Assembly: GCF_003790525.1 (NCBI RefSeq)
Contig: NZ_CP033635.1
DNA: 64,000 nucleotides
Reading direction: 5' to 3' (one strand)
Source of the DNA: Escherichia coli
GTDB lineage: Bacteria > Pseudomonadota > Gammaproteobacteria > Enterobacterales > Enterobacteriaceae
Part shown: in pieces, positions 1 to 9,704 of the stretch
Position numbering within the stretch: the stretch's first letter is position 1
Layout: each line of letters starts with the position of its first letter
Translations under genes and position numbers: made by a program
Notes under the pieces: model-generated
What the model was told of the DNA's origin: nothing
Seen by the model: only the letters and a program-made list of their open reading frames with translations
Databases searched by the model: none

Positions 1-3000
1 CCGGGACGGTATCGTAAATCACCAGATACTGCCGCCAGGATTCGCCTTCATTTTCCGGCTCGCGGTACACAACGCCTTTCAGGTGATCGACATTCCCCTT
101 GAAGTAATGTTTAAGACCTAGCTGGATCGCCGCCCCAAGAGAAGCCTCCACGACACGGTCATTACTGTAACTGCTTACCGGGAGCAGAATACGCAACGCT
201 TCTGACTCCAGCTGGCGATAGAGATAGAGATAATCTTCGAACTTCGCCTTTTCGGGTTCCGTGCGATATTTGCAGCTCAAATCATGACGTGGTTCATGAT
301 CGCGAGGACGCTGCACCATGCCGCACCCGAGGCAAACTTTAAACCCGGTTCGCTTCTTCGCTTCTCCGGCAATCATCAACTCATTGGCATCATCCGCCAT
401 TTTGCCGAAGTTGATATCCCGCAGGGTGACTTTGCTTAAAAATTCAAAACCAAACGGAACTTCGCCTTCCTCAATCGCGTATGCCGCCGATACATCTTCT
501 TTTTCGAAACTAACCAATAGCTGACGCTGGAAGAAAGCAGGTTCACGGCTGTCGCTCTCGTCGCTGATCTGGCTATCACGTGCGCTGGCGCGGGCATACA
601 CCTGGCGAAGTTTCAGCAGCGTGGTTTTTTGTCCGGCGTCGGCCCACCCCGGTGTGCCACATTTCGGGCAATATTTATGCTGGTCGCCCGTCTGGTCGAT
701 ATTTTCGCTGTAGTTACAGTGGCTACAGATACGCCAGTTCTCCGGCTCAGAGACCTTCAGGTCTATCTGCTCAATTTCAACTTTATGCCCACCGGCATAG
801 AAATTATTCAGCGGAGCCAGCTCAGCCAGCGCCGTTGATGCCGGGCGTTCATATTCGAAAGTGGTGTTTTGATATTCACGCGCTTCCCCGCCTTCTTTAC
901 GCCGCCAGAGCACAGAACGTAACGTAATACCGGCTTCCGGGAAGGCGTAGTTAGGCAGCAGACCTTCATCCGTGAGGAAATTCAGCGTCTGCTTATTGTT
1001 GATTTGATTTACCAGCGCCATCAGCGCCTGCCGTTCTGAAGTTAACTCGCGCATATCGCTGTCAAAGTTTTGATCGCGCGGCGCGTTCTCCAGCTTATCG
1101 ATACTGCGCTTGAGTTTATCGATGCGTGAACGCAGAGATTTGCGATCTTCCACCAGCAGTTTTAACGCTTCTTCGATACGCTGCACCAGCGAACGCTGTC
1201 CAGGCGCACCCTGAAGATAAGACAACAACTGTTGGCGAGTTTCTGCGGCAAGATCGGGGAAGATCGCCGTAAATTGTGCAGCAATCTCCGCATGATGCTG
1301 TTCGATATATCTCAGTAAGTTATACGGAAAACCCGATTTACGCCCGAACTCCAGCTCATCCAGCATCTGTTTGACGTTTTTACAGATAGCGGATTCTGGT
1401 ACACCGGTTTTCACCCAGTTATCCATACAAAAAGCTGCCAGCTGGCGTTCGAGAATAGCCGTTGCATTGAGGAAGACGCCAGGAGCCTGCACCTGGCCCT
1501 GCATCATCTCCAGTGGTTCTTCAAAGAAAAACTGATCGTGCGGGTTCCCTTCTGCCACGGTAATGTTTAACGCGTTACCATCTTTACGACCGGCGCGACC
1601 AATACGCTGCAAGTAGTTGGCCTGAGCAGGTGGGACAGAACAGAGTAAAACGGTGGAAAGATCCCCAACGTCGATACCCATCTCCAGCGTCGGTGTTGCC
1701 GACAACAGGTTGATATTCCACGGTTGGTTGCCGCGGTAGAACGATTTTTCGGTGGCTTCGCGATCTTCACGGCTAAGCAGCCCCGTGTGTTCTGCGCCCT
1801 GCACGCGCGCGATGTCCATGTTCTCCCAACGCCAGGTCGCCGTATTGTCGACTTCCTGGTAACGACCTTCACAACGTAAAGAGAGACAAGGCGCATTACG
1901 CCACTGCCAGCCTTGATCGGCCGGAGCCCGGACAACCTCACGGCAACATGAGCAATTAAGCTGAACGACGTCACGGCTCACCACCAGCGCCGAAGGCACC
2001 AGTCCCCAGGCTTCACGCCCTTTGGTGTCAAAATCTTTTACTACTCCGGCTATTTTCAACGCCGTAAACAGGCGTCGTAACACCGTTTCCGCAACGCTAC
2101 TGATAAACAGATTATTGCCGTTACTCAGCGTGCGATTGATCCAATGCTGATACCAACTGGGGTTAGACTTCGCGCCAATCAGGCGATGGAAACCATTAAT
2201 TTTTTCAAACGACGCATAAGCCGGTTTACGCGTTTTCGGACCGATAGAAGGCATATAGCGCGAGGTACGCTCTTTTTGCGTCATCATAAAGGTCGTGCCA
2301 TCACGGCGATAACTTTCGAACGCCGGATGCATAACGGCCCCGGCCTGGCGTTGATACCAAATAACCCCCAGCGCCAGGTGCGCGACCTGCTCGACGCTCA
2401 CACCGGACATCTCATCACCCAGCTCTTCACAAAGCTGTTGATGCAGGGCGGTAATTGCCGGATTAAAGCGTTCTTTATCCACTCCGGCAACGGCATAACC
2501 GGTGGCTTCCAGCGTACGTCCGATACGCGCGCGCAGGGTAAATTCGCTGTACACCTCCCAGTCGAGGCGCAGGGAAACCAGCTCCGGCAGATCGGAGTTC
2601 TCCGCCAGTTTGCCTTCATTTTTCAGCGTCTGATAATCATTCAGCCACTGCATATTTGGTGCGATGAAGTTCGCTGCAAAATGAGCATCGTCCGGTGAAC
2701 GTTCACGCGTTTGTTGGCAAACACGCGCCGCGAACGCATCCAGCGGTAATGTCTCTTTTTCGCCAAGAACACTGGCGATTTGCCCACGAATCATCAGCGG
2801 CCAGGTTCGGGCAGTAAAAAAGCTGGCACGATGCGCGGCGTCTTGTACCGAGTCAGAAAACGTAATCAGCTTTTTATGTTCGTTGAACTGGCTGCCATAA
2901 AGCTGGTGAATCATCACCGCCGACAGACTGGCAGCCCGTGACCCCAAAATCGAAATCCCCTGTTTGCTGTTGCAGTACGGGCATTCATTAGCAAACTCCA

Positions 3001-4780
3001 GCTCGTCCTTACGCTCTTTGAGCATATCCGGGATCAGTACCTGCAACAGCTCTGTATGACCACAATGTCCACACTGGACGCTGGACTGTCGGTTCAGTTT
3101 CAGGCAGGTAGGGCACAGTTTCTGGTGTGCGCCACTGACCGCTTTTTCGTTGTTATCCGGGAAAGCGAGGACGATGGAGCGCCCTTTTTCAAAGAACTGG
3201 CGATAAATGCCGTCGAGGTCTGTTTCCAGCTGAACGCTTTGCCCATGACGCAGGCTGGCCCAGCCGGTTGCGTGGCAGTCACGGCAGTGGATAACCGGCA
3301 AATAGTGTTCGCGGTCTTCCACCGCCACATCATCGGCAAACACCAGTCGCGGCGTTTTCGCCACGCTGGCGACCAGACGACGCATCTCACGAAGCCACAA
3401 CTGGGAGCGCAGTTGCACAAATGGCAGCACCGGACGCACTTTCTTCGCCTGGAGACGTTTTTGCCGATCGTGTTCCGTTTCCGGTACTTCGAGACGTGCC
3501 TGCGCGATCAGTGCCAGAATGCTTTGCAGCACGCGTCGGGCATGGTCGGCGCTTTCTGCCAGCATAACCTGGAGATTTTCCAGACACTCTCGTTCAGAGA
3601 GGATCCCGCCTTGCAGATCATGGAGTAAGACATGCATCACGCTGTGGCGGCGTAACAGTGACCCCAGCGCAATACGCTTTTCACGCCCGTCGTCGCTCTC
3701 CAGATCGTCCGGGAGTTGCAAGTCGCTGTCGGGGAACCACAAAGGGATTTGCCCGTTAAGATACGCTACCGGGGTAGCGTAACTCTGCGGGTCCAGGGCC
3801 GAAGCGACCTCCGGCCCCGGATACTGACTGTACGCAATGGCATAATCCTGCAAGTACTCCGCTGCCGTGTAGCGATCTTCGCGAATAACGGCGTCATCGG
3901 TAAACGGCTGGTCAAAGATTGTTTTTGCGTAATCGAGCAGTTGCCCCAGTTCGTCGCCGACGGTAGCTGATGTCCCGACGCAGGCGAATCGTTGGTTATC
4001 CACACCTATGTGATGCTTCAGACGTCGCACCAGACAGGCCAGATCCGACCCTTGCGCGCCATCAAACGTATGCAATTCATCCACGACCAGGTAACGCAAT
4101 GAGCCGGGCTGGTTGTAACGCCAGAGCGGCTGATCGCCAGGGCGCATCAGCAGGTAGTCGAGCATTTTGTAGTTGGTCAACAGGATGTCCGGCGGGCTTT
4201 CGCGCAGCGTGTGCTTACAGGTAATGACCTTTTCTGCCGACATTTTCTTGCTGGGTTCGATTTCGCTGTCGCCGACAAACAAGCCGACGGTCACCTTGCC
4301 ATGCAGTTGTGGATCGCTGGCGATGGTTTTGGCGAAACGGCTGGCCTGATCGGTTGCCAGGGCGTTCATCGGGTAGATGATAATTGCTTTAACCCCGGCT
4401 TGTGACGCGCCCGCGCAGTGGTTGAGCAGCGGGAACATAAAACATTCTGTTTTACCGGAGCCGGTACCGGTTGCGACCAGCGTCGGCTGTGGCGCGTCGC
4501 TTCCCAGACGCTGAAATGCCCGGGCCTGATGCGCGTGCGGCGGGAACGGCAGCGTCAGATTAGGGAAAAAATTCAGCGGTAAGTCACTTTTACGAAACGG
4601 CAACTGGGCGGAAAGGTATGGTCCTTTCAGCAGCGTTTCGGGCTGGGCCAGAAATTGCTCCAGCATTGAGACATTATCGTTATTCTCACCGTTAAACAGC
4701 GGGCTGTTTAGCGGGAACGCCGCCCGTAAAAAGGCGGCAACGCTGTCGGCGACCTGCCGACTGACAACGGACGGCAACAT
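1..4780 (-). CDS. DEAD/DEAH-box SF2 helicase with Cys-rich C-terminal region (DUF1998-like), DrmA/DruE-like; 5' complete, 3' end beyond window start
   Basis: Minus-strand start ATG at 4780..4778 overlaps the methyltransferase stop (TGATG). Hand translation gives MLPSVVSRQ...LVATGTGSGKTECF (Walker A). Near the window start the same frame reads ...FKVCLGCGMVQRPRDHEPRHDLSCKY... and ...PENEGESWRQYLVIYDTVP with no stop codons in the stretches checked. The ORF track lists no terminated minus-strand ORF in this frame, consistent with an ORF that runs off the window. Plus-strand ORFs over 318-4405 look like antisense noise. Confidence 0.6.
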   Translation of the reverse strand, partial: MLPSVVSRQVADSVAAFLRAAFPLNSPLFNGENNDNVSMLEQFLAQPETLLKGPYLSAQLPFRKSDLPLNFFPNLTLPFPPHAHQARAFQRLGSDAPQPTLVATGTGSGKTECFMFPLLNHCAGASQAGVKAIIIYPMNALATDQASRFAKTIASDPQLHGKVTVGLFVGDSEIEPSKKMSAEKVITCKHTLRESPPDILLTNYKMLDYLLMRPGDQPLWRYNQPGSLRYLVVDELHTFDGAQGSDLACLVRRLKHHIGVDNQRFACVGTSATVGDELGQLLDYAKTIFDQPFTDDAVIREDRYTAAEYLQDYAIAYSQYPGPEVASALDPQSYATPVAYLNGQIPLWFPDSDLQLPDDLESDDGREKRIALGSLLRRHSVMHVLLHDLQGGILSERECLENLQVMLAESADHARRVLQSILALIAQARLEVPETEHDRQKRLQAKKVRPVLPFVQLRSQLWLREMRRLVASVAKTPRLVFADDVAVEDREHYLPVIHCRDCHATGWASLRHGQSVQLETDLDGIYRQFFEKGRSIVLAFPDNNEKAVSGAHQKLCPTCLKLNRQSSVQCGHCGHTELLQVLIPDMLKERKDELEFANECPYCNSKQGISILGSRAASLSAVMIHQLYGSQFNEHKKLITFSDSVQDAAHRASFFTARTWPLMIRGQIASVLGEKETLPLDAFAARVCQQTRERSPDDAHFAANFIAPNMQWLNDYQTLKNEGKLAENSDLPELVSLRLDWEVYSEFTLRARIGRTLEATGYAVAGVDKERFNPAITALHQQLCEELGDEMSGVSVEQVAHLALGVIWYQRQAGAVMHPAFESYRRDGTTFMMTQKERTSRYMPSIGPKTRKPAYASFEKINGFHRLIGAKSNPSWYQHWINRTLSNGNNLFISSVAETVLRRLFTALKIAGVVKDFDTKGREAWGLVPSALVVSRDVVQLNCSCCREVVRAPADQGWQWRNAPCLSLRCEGRYQEVDNTATWRWENMDIARVQGAEHTGLLSREDREATEKSFYRGNQPWNINLLSATPTLEMGIDVGDLSTVLLCSVPPAQANYLQRIGRAGRKDGNALNITVAEGNPHDQFFFEEPLEMMQGQVQAPGVFLNATAILERQLAAFCMDNWVKTGVPESAICKNVKQMLDELEFGRKSGFPYNLLRYIEQHHAEIAAQFTAIFPDLAAETRQQLLSYLQGAPGQRSLVQRIEEALKLLVEDRKSLRSRIDKLKRSIDKLENAPRDQNFDSDMRELTSERQALMALVNQINNKQTLNFLTDEGLLPNYAFPEAGITLRSVLWRRKEGGEAREYQNTTFEYERPASTALAELAPLNNFYAGGHKVEIEQIDLKVSEPENWRICSHCNYSENIDQTGDQHKYCPKCGTPGWADAGQKTTLLKLRQVYARASARDSQISDESDSREPAFFQRQLLVSFEKEDVSAAYAIEEGEVPFGFEFLSKVTLRDINFGKMADDANELMIAGEAKKRTGFKVCLGCGMVQRPRDHEPRHDLSCKYRTEPEKAKFEDYLYLYRQLESEALRILLPVSSYSNDRVVEASLGAAIQLGLKHYFKGNVDHLKGVVYREPENEGESWRQYLVIYDTVP

Positions 4781-7700
4781 CAGGCGCTCTCCTTATCTTG
4801 TGCAAAGAACGCCCAGGCCACTTTGTAGTCGTCTTCGCGATCCGGCTTGATAAACGGTGCCTGCCAGGTGACGGTACGGCGCTCGCCTTCGTCGCTGCGG
4901 GTATAGTCATCAAAGGTAACGCTGACGGTACCGGTTTGCAGATGTTTGACATCATCCCAGCCGATGGCTTGATCGGTGCAGTCACCGCCGGTCCAGTCCG
5001 GGCTGTCGACGTTAAAGACAAAGCCGTTTTTCAGGTCAGCTTTACGCGCGGTACGAGGCAAGCCAACGCCCACCAGCCCTTTGCTTGGGGTAAAGATAAT
5101 GCGACCGTTTTGATCGTACCAGGTGTCCGCTTCGTACTGGCGCATCACCGGGAACTGAATACGGTAGATGGCGAGTAGTTCTTCGAGGGTTAGCCCCAGC
5201 GCCTGCGCCACCAGCACGTCGATTTCCACCAGCGCCTGACGGCGGCTGTAGTCGGAGCGTAAGGCGCAGTTACGCTGCCATTCTGGGGTCAGATTGGTGA
5301 AGAAATCCTGGGGGAGCTGTGGGAGATCGCGGCTCCAATATTGTATTTTAAATTCTGAGGAATAAATGGAACACCACAATTTTTTATAATGCTCTGTTAT
5401 ACTAACCAAAGCCATCGACCTTGCATGTAAAGAGGCTCTAAACTTCTCATTACTTAATAATGGAAGTTGATTAACTAATGACTGATTCGCATGCCCCATG
5501 CCAGTACACTTGACTCTATAATCTACGACAATGGACAAAGACATCGAAAAGAAATCAAGTAAATCATAGTCATGTTTAAAAATAGTGCTTAGACACGTAT
5601 TAATATGAGAAATACCGGGAGGTATTATAGTTGCGATGAAAGTTCGTTCAGAAGTTGAACCTATCATTTCCCGATTAACAAATCTATAGCCATTAGTCAC
5701 AGGAAAGACATTACCATCCCAAGAAACTGTCGGAATTCGATTTAGAAAATCGGAATACTCGCAATTAGGAATATAATTAACCCTAGGCATATAATTATCA
5801 GGAATAGTCATCAAATCAATGGAGTCATAGTCACTATTTAATTTACATAAAGTCCGTGGCGTTTTGTAATAAGCATTCCCCACAAAGAAATGTGGTCCAG
5901 ATAATATCCATTGTGAAATTCCAGAGGGGAATTCCGTTTTCCTTTTAGTTGTACCATCTCTTTGAGCAAATGTTTCATCAAACATCACTGTAGAATAATA
6001 ATTATTTTTTATTGAAGATAGTTTTTTTGATTTAACATCAAATTTACGTAAAACTTCCAATAATTGTACTGTATGTAAAGCTGGAAGCCTTGCGTGCAGT
6101 GCAGGTGTTGAATTATCATCAAATATCCCCGCAAACAAACGTAACTCATCAATAGTAATTGTTAATACTCTTGATTTATGGGGTGATATATTCCAATTTA
6201 TTTTCAGTTTATCCCCATTGTAAGATTCTTCCTTGATACCAGGAATTTCCCCTTGATTATCATGCAAAATACTTGAATCTATTGTATACACAGAGAACAA
6301 ATTTGACATGTGTGTAAATGAAGGCGATTCTTGCAATGGACCATAAATATTAATACTAAATGTTGTTGCATGATGAACATCGGGAAAAAGCCCTAATTCA
6401 TTTTGAAATTGATAATGGTCACGCAAACGGCAGTAAATTTTGGCACGAAGTTCCCCCGCCTTGCTATCATCATAAACTCCATCAGGGTGCAATAACCCTG
6501 AAACACCATGTTCAGAAATAAGTCGCCATGAGACTGGTAAAAAACATTTATATAGATTTGTTTTTTGCCCTAACAAGCATGAAAAATTTTGCTGACTATT
6601 TAGATAGTTCTGTAATCCAACGGCAGATTCAAACTCACTTCGCCATGCATCTTCTAATCCATAGACTCGTGCAAAAGATTCTTCTCGGAGAGAAGATATA
6701 TTGGCAGCGCTAAGATTGTGCAGTACAAGCTCAGGTTTATAATCTCCCAATATTCCGCGTTCTTCCCATACAACTTTTAGCCACGGCGGGTTTCCGAGCA
6801 TCAGGTCAAAACCGCCGCGCTCGGCAAACAGGTCGCAGAACTCCAGATCCCAGTGGAAGAAACGGTACTGCTTTCTCAGGGCATCGACAATCGCCAGACG
6901 CGGCAAATGACGGAACAACACCTCGGTTTTCAGACGACCTGCGCCGGAAAACAGTGAAGACTCTTCTCGCAGCAGACCTTCTTCGGCAAACAGATCGCCG
7001 GTGGTGTGCTCCGCAACTTCAGTGACTTTTTCCGTGATTACAATCCCGTCGAGCAGGGTTTCAATCTCAAACAACCAGGTGCCGCGATCCGGTAGCTCAT
7101 CGGCTTTGTCGATCGGCCAGAACCACAGCGCGCACCAGTAGTCCATCACCCAACGCAGCTTCTGGTAGGCACTGTTATCTTCAAGACGACCACTGAAGGT
7201 TTCATCTTTACTGCTCAGCGAAGAACGCGTCTGCTCGCTGTTTTCTGCCGGCCACACCGGGTAGCTGTCGGCGGTTTTCAGACGTTCTGCTTTAAGTTGC
7301 TGGCGATAGGTGTTCCACAGAGCTTCCACCTTTTCGCTGATACGCTGCACATCAGCAATCTCATGCCCGGCAAAGCTTTTAATAAACTCTTTGCGCCAGC
7401 TGTCCAGGGCTTTGAAGTCATCCGGATAACGCTGCTTAACGGTTTTATCGCTGTAGTTAGCCATACCGCCGTCGGGCAGCAGGAAGTGAAAAATCTGCGT
7501 CTCTTCACGCGGCGTGTTCATCGCCAGTTCGACCGGCTCGCTGTTAAGCCAGCTCGGATCTTTGGCTTTTTTGTAGGTCAGTTCACTCTTGTTGAACACC
7601 TGACGGCGCGCGCCCACCAGCGAGTTACCGCAGTGCAGCTGGTAACCAAACCACGGTACAAAGGCATCGCCACTGATGGCGTTCAGCCACAGCGACACTT

Positions 7701-9702
7701 CCGCCAGTTCCACCGCCACCGGGTTTAAGTCCACGCCGAAAACGTTGTTGTCGGCAATGTACATTTTCACCCGCTGTAACTCCTGGGTGTAACGATCCTG
7801 CGGAATACGGCGACCTTCCGCCTGCTGCTTGTGGAACAGATACGCTTCCGCCAGCTGGTTGATGGCTTCGTTAAGGAACGCCGCGCTGCCCATCGCCGGT
7901 TCGCACACGGTGAGGTTTAAGATGGCATCAGCTTTAGCGTGCAGATCGGTAATCGGATCAATTTGCTCTTTAAACAGTTCTTTCAGGGCATATTTAACCA
8001 GTGAGCGGGTCAGCACTTCCGGGGTGTAATAAGAGGCAGATTTCTCACGGTCGCGCCCGGCCATACGGTAGATAAAACTGCCTTTGCGGTGAATGCGCAG
8101 ACTGCCGTCTTTCTCGTAGACCTTCTCGTCTTCGTGGTATTTGCCAATCTCATCCTTACTGACGAAGTAACCCGTCTCCAGCTCGTTAAACTCTTCCCCG
8201 GCTTTCTTCACCTCGTAGAGATCTTCGCTGGCGAAGAATCCGCGATAGGAGAGCAGCGCCTCATACACCGCACCCAACTGGTTGATACCCAACTGGCGAT
8301 AAGAAATACGTCCGCGGCGGTTAAAGCGCCCTTTGCCCGGGCGGCTTAACGACATCGCCTGGATAATCTGTTGCAGGGTTTCGTTACGGAATACCACGCG
8401 GTTAAGAATGCGCGTGTTGTTGGCATCAAACAGATGACTTTCCAGACGCGGGACGCTGAACTGATGACTATGGATGGTGATCCGGTCGCCGCTCTCCAGG
8501 TCACTCTGCATTTTCACGCCGCCGTTGTAGCCTTCGCGCACCAGTTTAAACAGCATATTCAGGCTGTCGTGGAAGTAGCGCCCGTTGCGATCTTCTTCGC
8601 TGGTCAGCGGGATCATCTCCAGATCGCGCAACGTTTCCAGGCTGTAACCTTGCAGATAGGTTTTGGCTGTCATTGGCGCATAACCCAGCTCCGGGCGCGC
8701 TTCAATGTAGAACAGGAACAGCAGGCGGTACATGTAACGCAGACATTCGCGGCTCAGTTCATCCGGGTCCACCGCACGGTTACCGGTATAGTTTGCCAGG
8801 CCACGGTCGATCAGATAATGCATCGCTTCGTTGCCCAACAACTCTATGCTTTCGCGCAGGGCATATTTCAGATCTTCCGAAACACCAAACGCATGTTTGT
8901 GCGAATTGTCATCCAGCGAGTCAAGATATGGTGCCCCACTGCCCGGCAGCAGCGAATCTTTATGTAGCAACACTGCCGTCGCTTTCAGCGTATCCGTTTC
9001 ACGACGACTTAAAATCTCTTCAAAATCAAAACGTAGCAGACGGTTTTGCGCCCACTTAGTACGGTCCAACAACAATAGCTGACGGTTACCGAGCAGCAGC
9101 ACAAAACGCGGCGGTTCATTTTGGGTGAAGACCGCCGTAGAGAGCAGATCCTGCCAGCTGCGATATTCACCGTTGGCTTTTTTGCGCAGGCTGTCGCGCT
9201 TATGTTTGTCGGTATCCGCCGGGAATTGCGCGGTCAGTAAGGAGAGCGCCAGCGGATCCAGCGTTCCTTCTTCCTGATCGTGTGCTTCAACAATCCACAG
9301 CCACGGGCTACCGTCAGTGCTGTTGTAACGCGCCAGTACTGGCAGTGGTGTATCGTCATCCAGCATTTGGATCTGCGGCGTAATTTCGTAGCCCAGCGCC
9401 TTTAACAATGGCTGCCAGCGATTACGTTGATCGGCCAGACGCTGCGGGATCTGACGCTGTTTTTCGTGCTCGGCAAGTTTGCGGAAAAACTCAGTCGCCA
9501 GACTGTTAAACTGGTTCCACGGAGCGCGGTATCCCGGCTCTACGTCTTTGCCCTGTTCACGAGCGGCACGCTCCGCTTCACGCGCTGCATTTTCCTGGGC
9601 TATCCAGGGTTCCAGCACATCGCGGATATCACTGGTGAATACCTCACCCAAATAGTGGTTAGAGTAAAATTCGTTTTCGTTATTAATACCGACCAGCGCC
9701 AT
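4780..9702 (-). CDS. drmMI: N6-adenine DNA methyltransferase, PglX/type IIG-like (DrmMI-like)
   Basis: 1640 aa ORF with an AdoMet-binding-like motif (CEPAMGSAAFLNEA), the PglX-type motif GVDLNPVAVELAEVSLWLN and the catalytic motif LGNPPW. Start lies 2 nt after the upstream SNF2 stop, suggesting translational coupling. Confidence 0.7.
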   Translation of the reverse strand: MALVGINNENEFYSNHYLGEVFTSDIRDVLEPWIAQENAAREAERAAREQGKDVEPGYRAPWNQFNSLATEFFRKLAEHEKQRQIPQRLADQRNRWQPLLKALGYEITPQIQMLDDDTPLPVLARYNSTDGSPWLWIVEAHDQEEGTLDPLALSLLTAQFPADTDKHKRDSLRKKANGEYRSWQDLLSTAVFTQNEPPRFVLLLGNRQLLLLDRTKWAQNRLLRFDFEEILSRRETDTLKATAVLLHKDSLLPGSGAPYLDSLDDNSHKHAFGVSEDLKYALRESIELLGNEAMHYLIDRGLANYTGNRAVDPDELSRECLRYMYRLLFLFYIEARPELGYAPMTAKTYLQGYSLETLRDLEMIPLTSEEDRNGRYFHDSLNMLFKLVREGYNGGVKMQSDLESGDRITIHSHQFSVPRLESHLFDANNTRILNRVVFRNETLQQIIQAMSLSRPGKGRFNRRGRISYRQLGINQLGAVYEALLSYRGFFASEDLYEVKKAGEEFNELETGYFVSKDEIGKYHEDEKVYEKDGSLRIHRKGSFIYRMAGRDREKSASYYTPEVLTRSLVKYALKELFKEQIDPITDLHAKADAILNLTVCEPAMGSAAFLNEAINQLAEAYLFHKQQAEGRRIPQDRYTQELQRVKMYIADNNVFGVDLNPVAVELAEVSLWLNAISGDAFVPWFGYQLHCGNSLVGARRQVFNKSELTYKKAKDPSWLNSEPVELAMNTPREETQIFHFLLPDGGMANYSDKTVKQRYPDDFKALDSWRKEFIKSFAGHEIADVQRISEKVEALWNTYRQQLKAERLKTADSYPVWPAENSEQTRSSLSSKDETFSGRLEDNSAYQKLRWVMDYWCALWFWPIDKADELPDRGTWLFEIETLLDGIVITEKVTEVAEHTTGDLFAEEGLLREESSLFSGAGRLKTEVLFRHLPRLAIVDALRKQYRFFHWDLEFCDLFAERGGFDLMLGNPPWLKVVWEERGILGDYKPELVLHNLSAANISSLREESFARVYGLEDAWRSEFESAVGLQNYLNSQQNFSCLLGQKTNLYKCFLPVSWRLISEHGVSGLLHPDGVYDDSKAGELRAKIYCRLRDHYQFQNELGLFPDVHHATTFSINIYGPLQESPSFTHMSNLFSVYTIDSSILHDNQGEIPGIKEESYNGDKLKINWNISPHKSRVLTITIDELRLFAGIFDDNSTPALHARLPALHTVQLLEVLRKFDVKSKKLSSIKNNYYSTVMFDETFAQRDGTTKRKTEFPSGISQWILSGPHFFVGNAYYKTPRTLCKLNSDYDSIDLMTIPDNYMPRVNYIPNCEYSDFLNRIPTVSWDGNVFPVTNGYRFVNREMIGSTSERTFIATIIPPGISHINTCLSTIFKHDYDLLDFFSMSLSIVVDYRVKCTGMGHANQSLVNQLPLLSNEKFRASLHARSMALVSITEHYKKLWCSIYSSEFKIQYWSRDLPQLPQDFFTNLTPEWQRNCALRSDYSRRQALVEIDVLVAQALGLTLEELLAIYRIQFPVMRQYEADTWYDQNGRIIFTPSKGLVGVGLPRTARKADLKNGFVFNVDSPDWTGGDCTDQAIGWDDVKHLQTGTVSVTFDDYTRSDEGERRTVTWQAPFIKPDREDDYKVAWAFFAQDKESA

Positions 9703-9704
9703 GA

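Noticed and set aside
318-4405. About a dozen plus-strand ORFs of 60-190 aa across the first 4.4 kb
   Set aside because: They have low-complexity, Arg/Ser-rich compositions typical of antisense frames, and the minus strand carries a continuous helicase reading frame with recognisable motifs.
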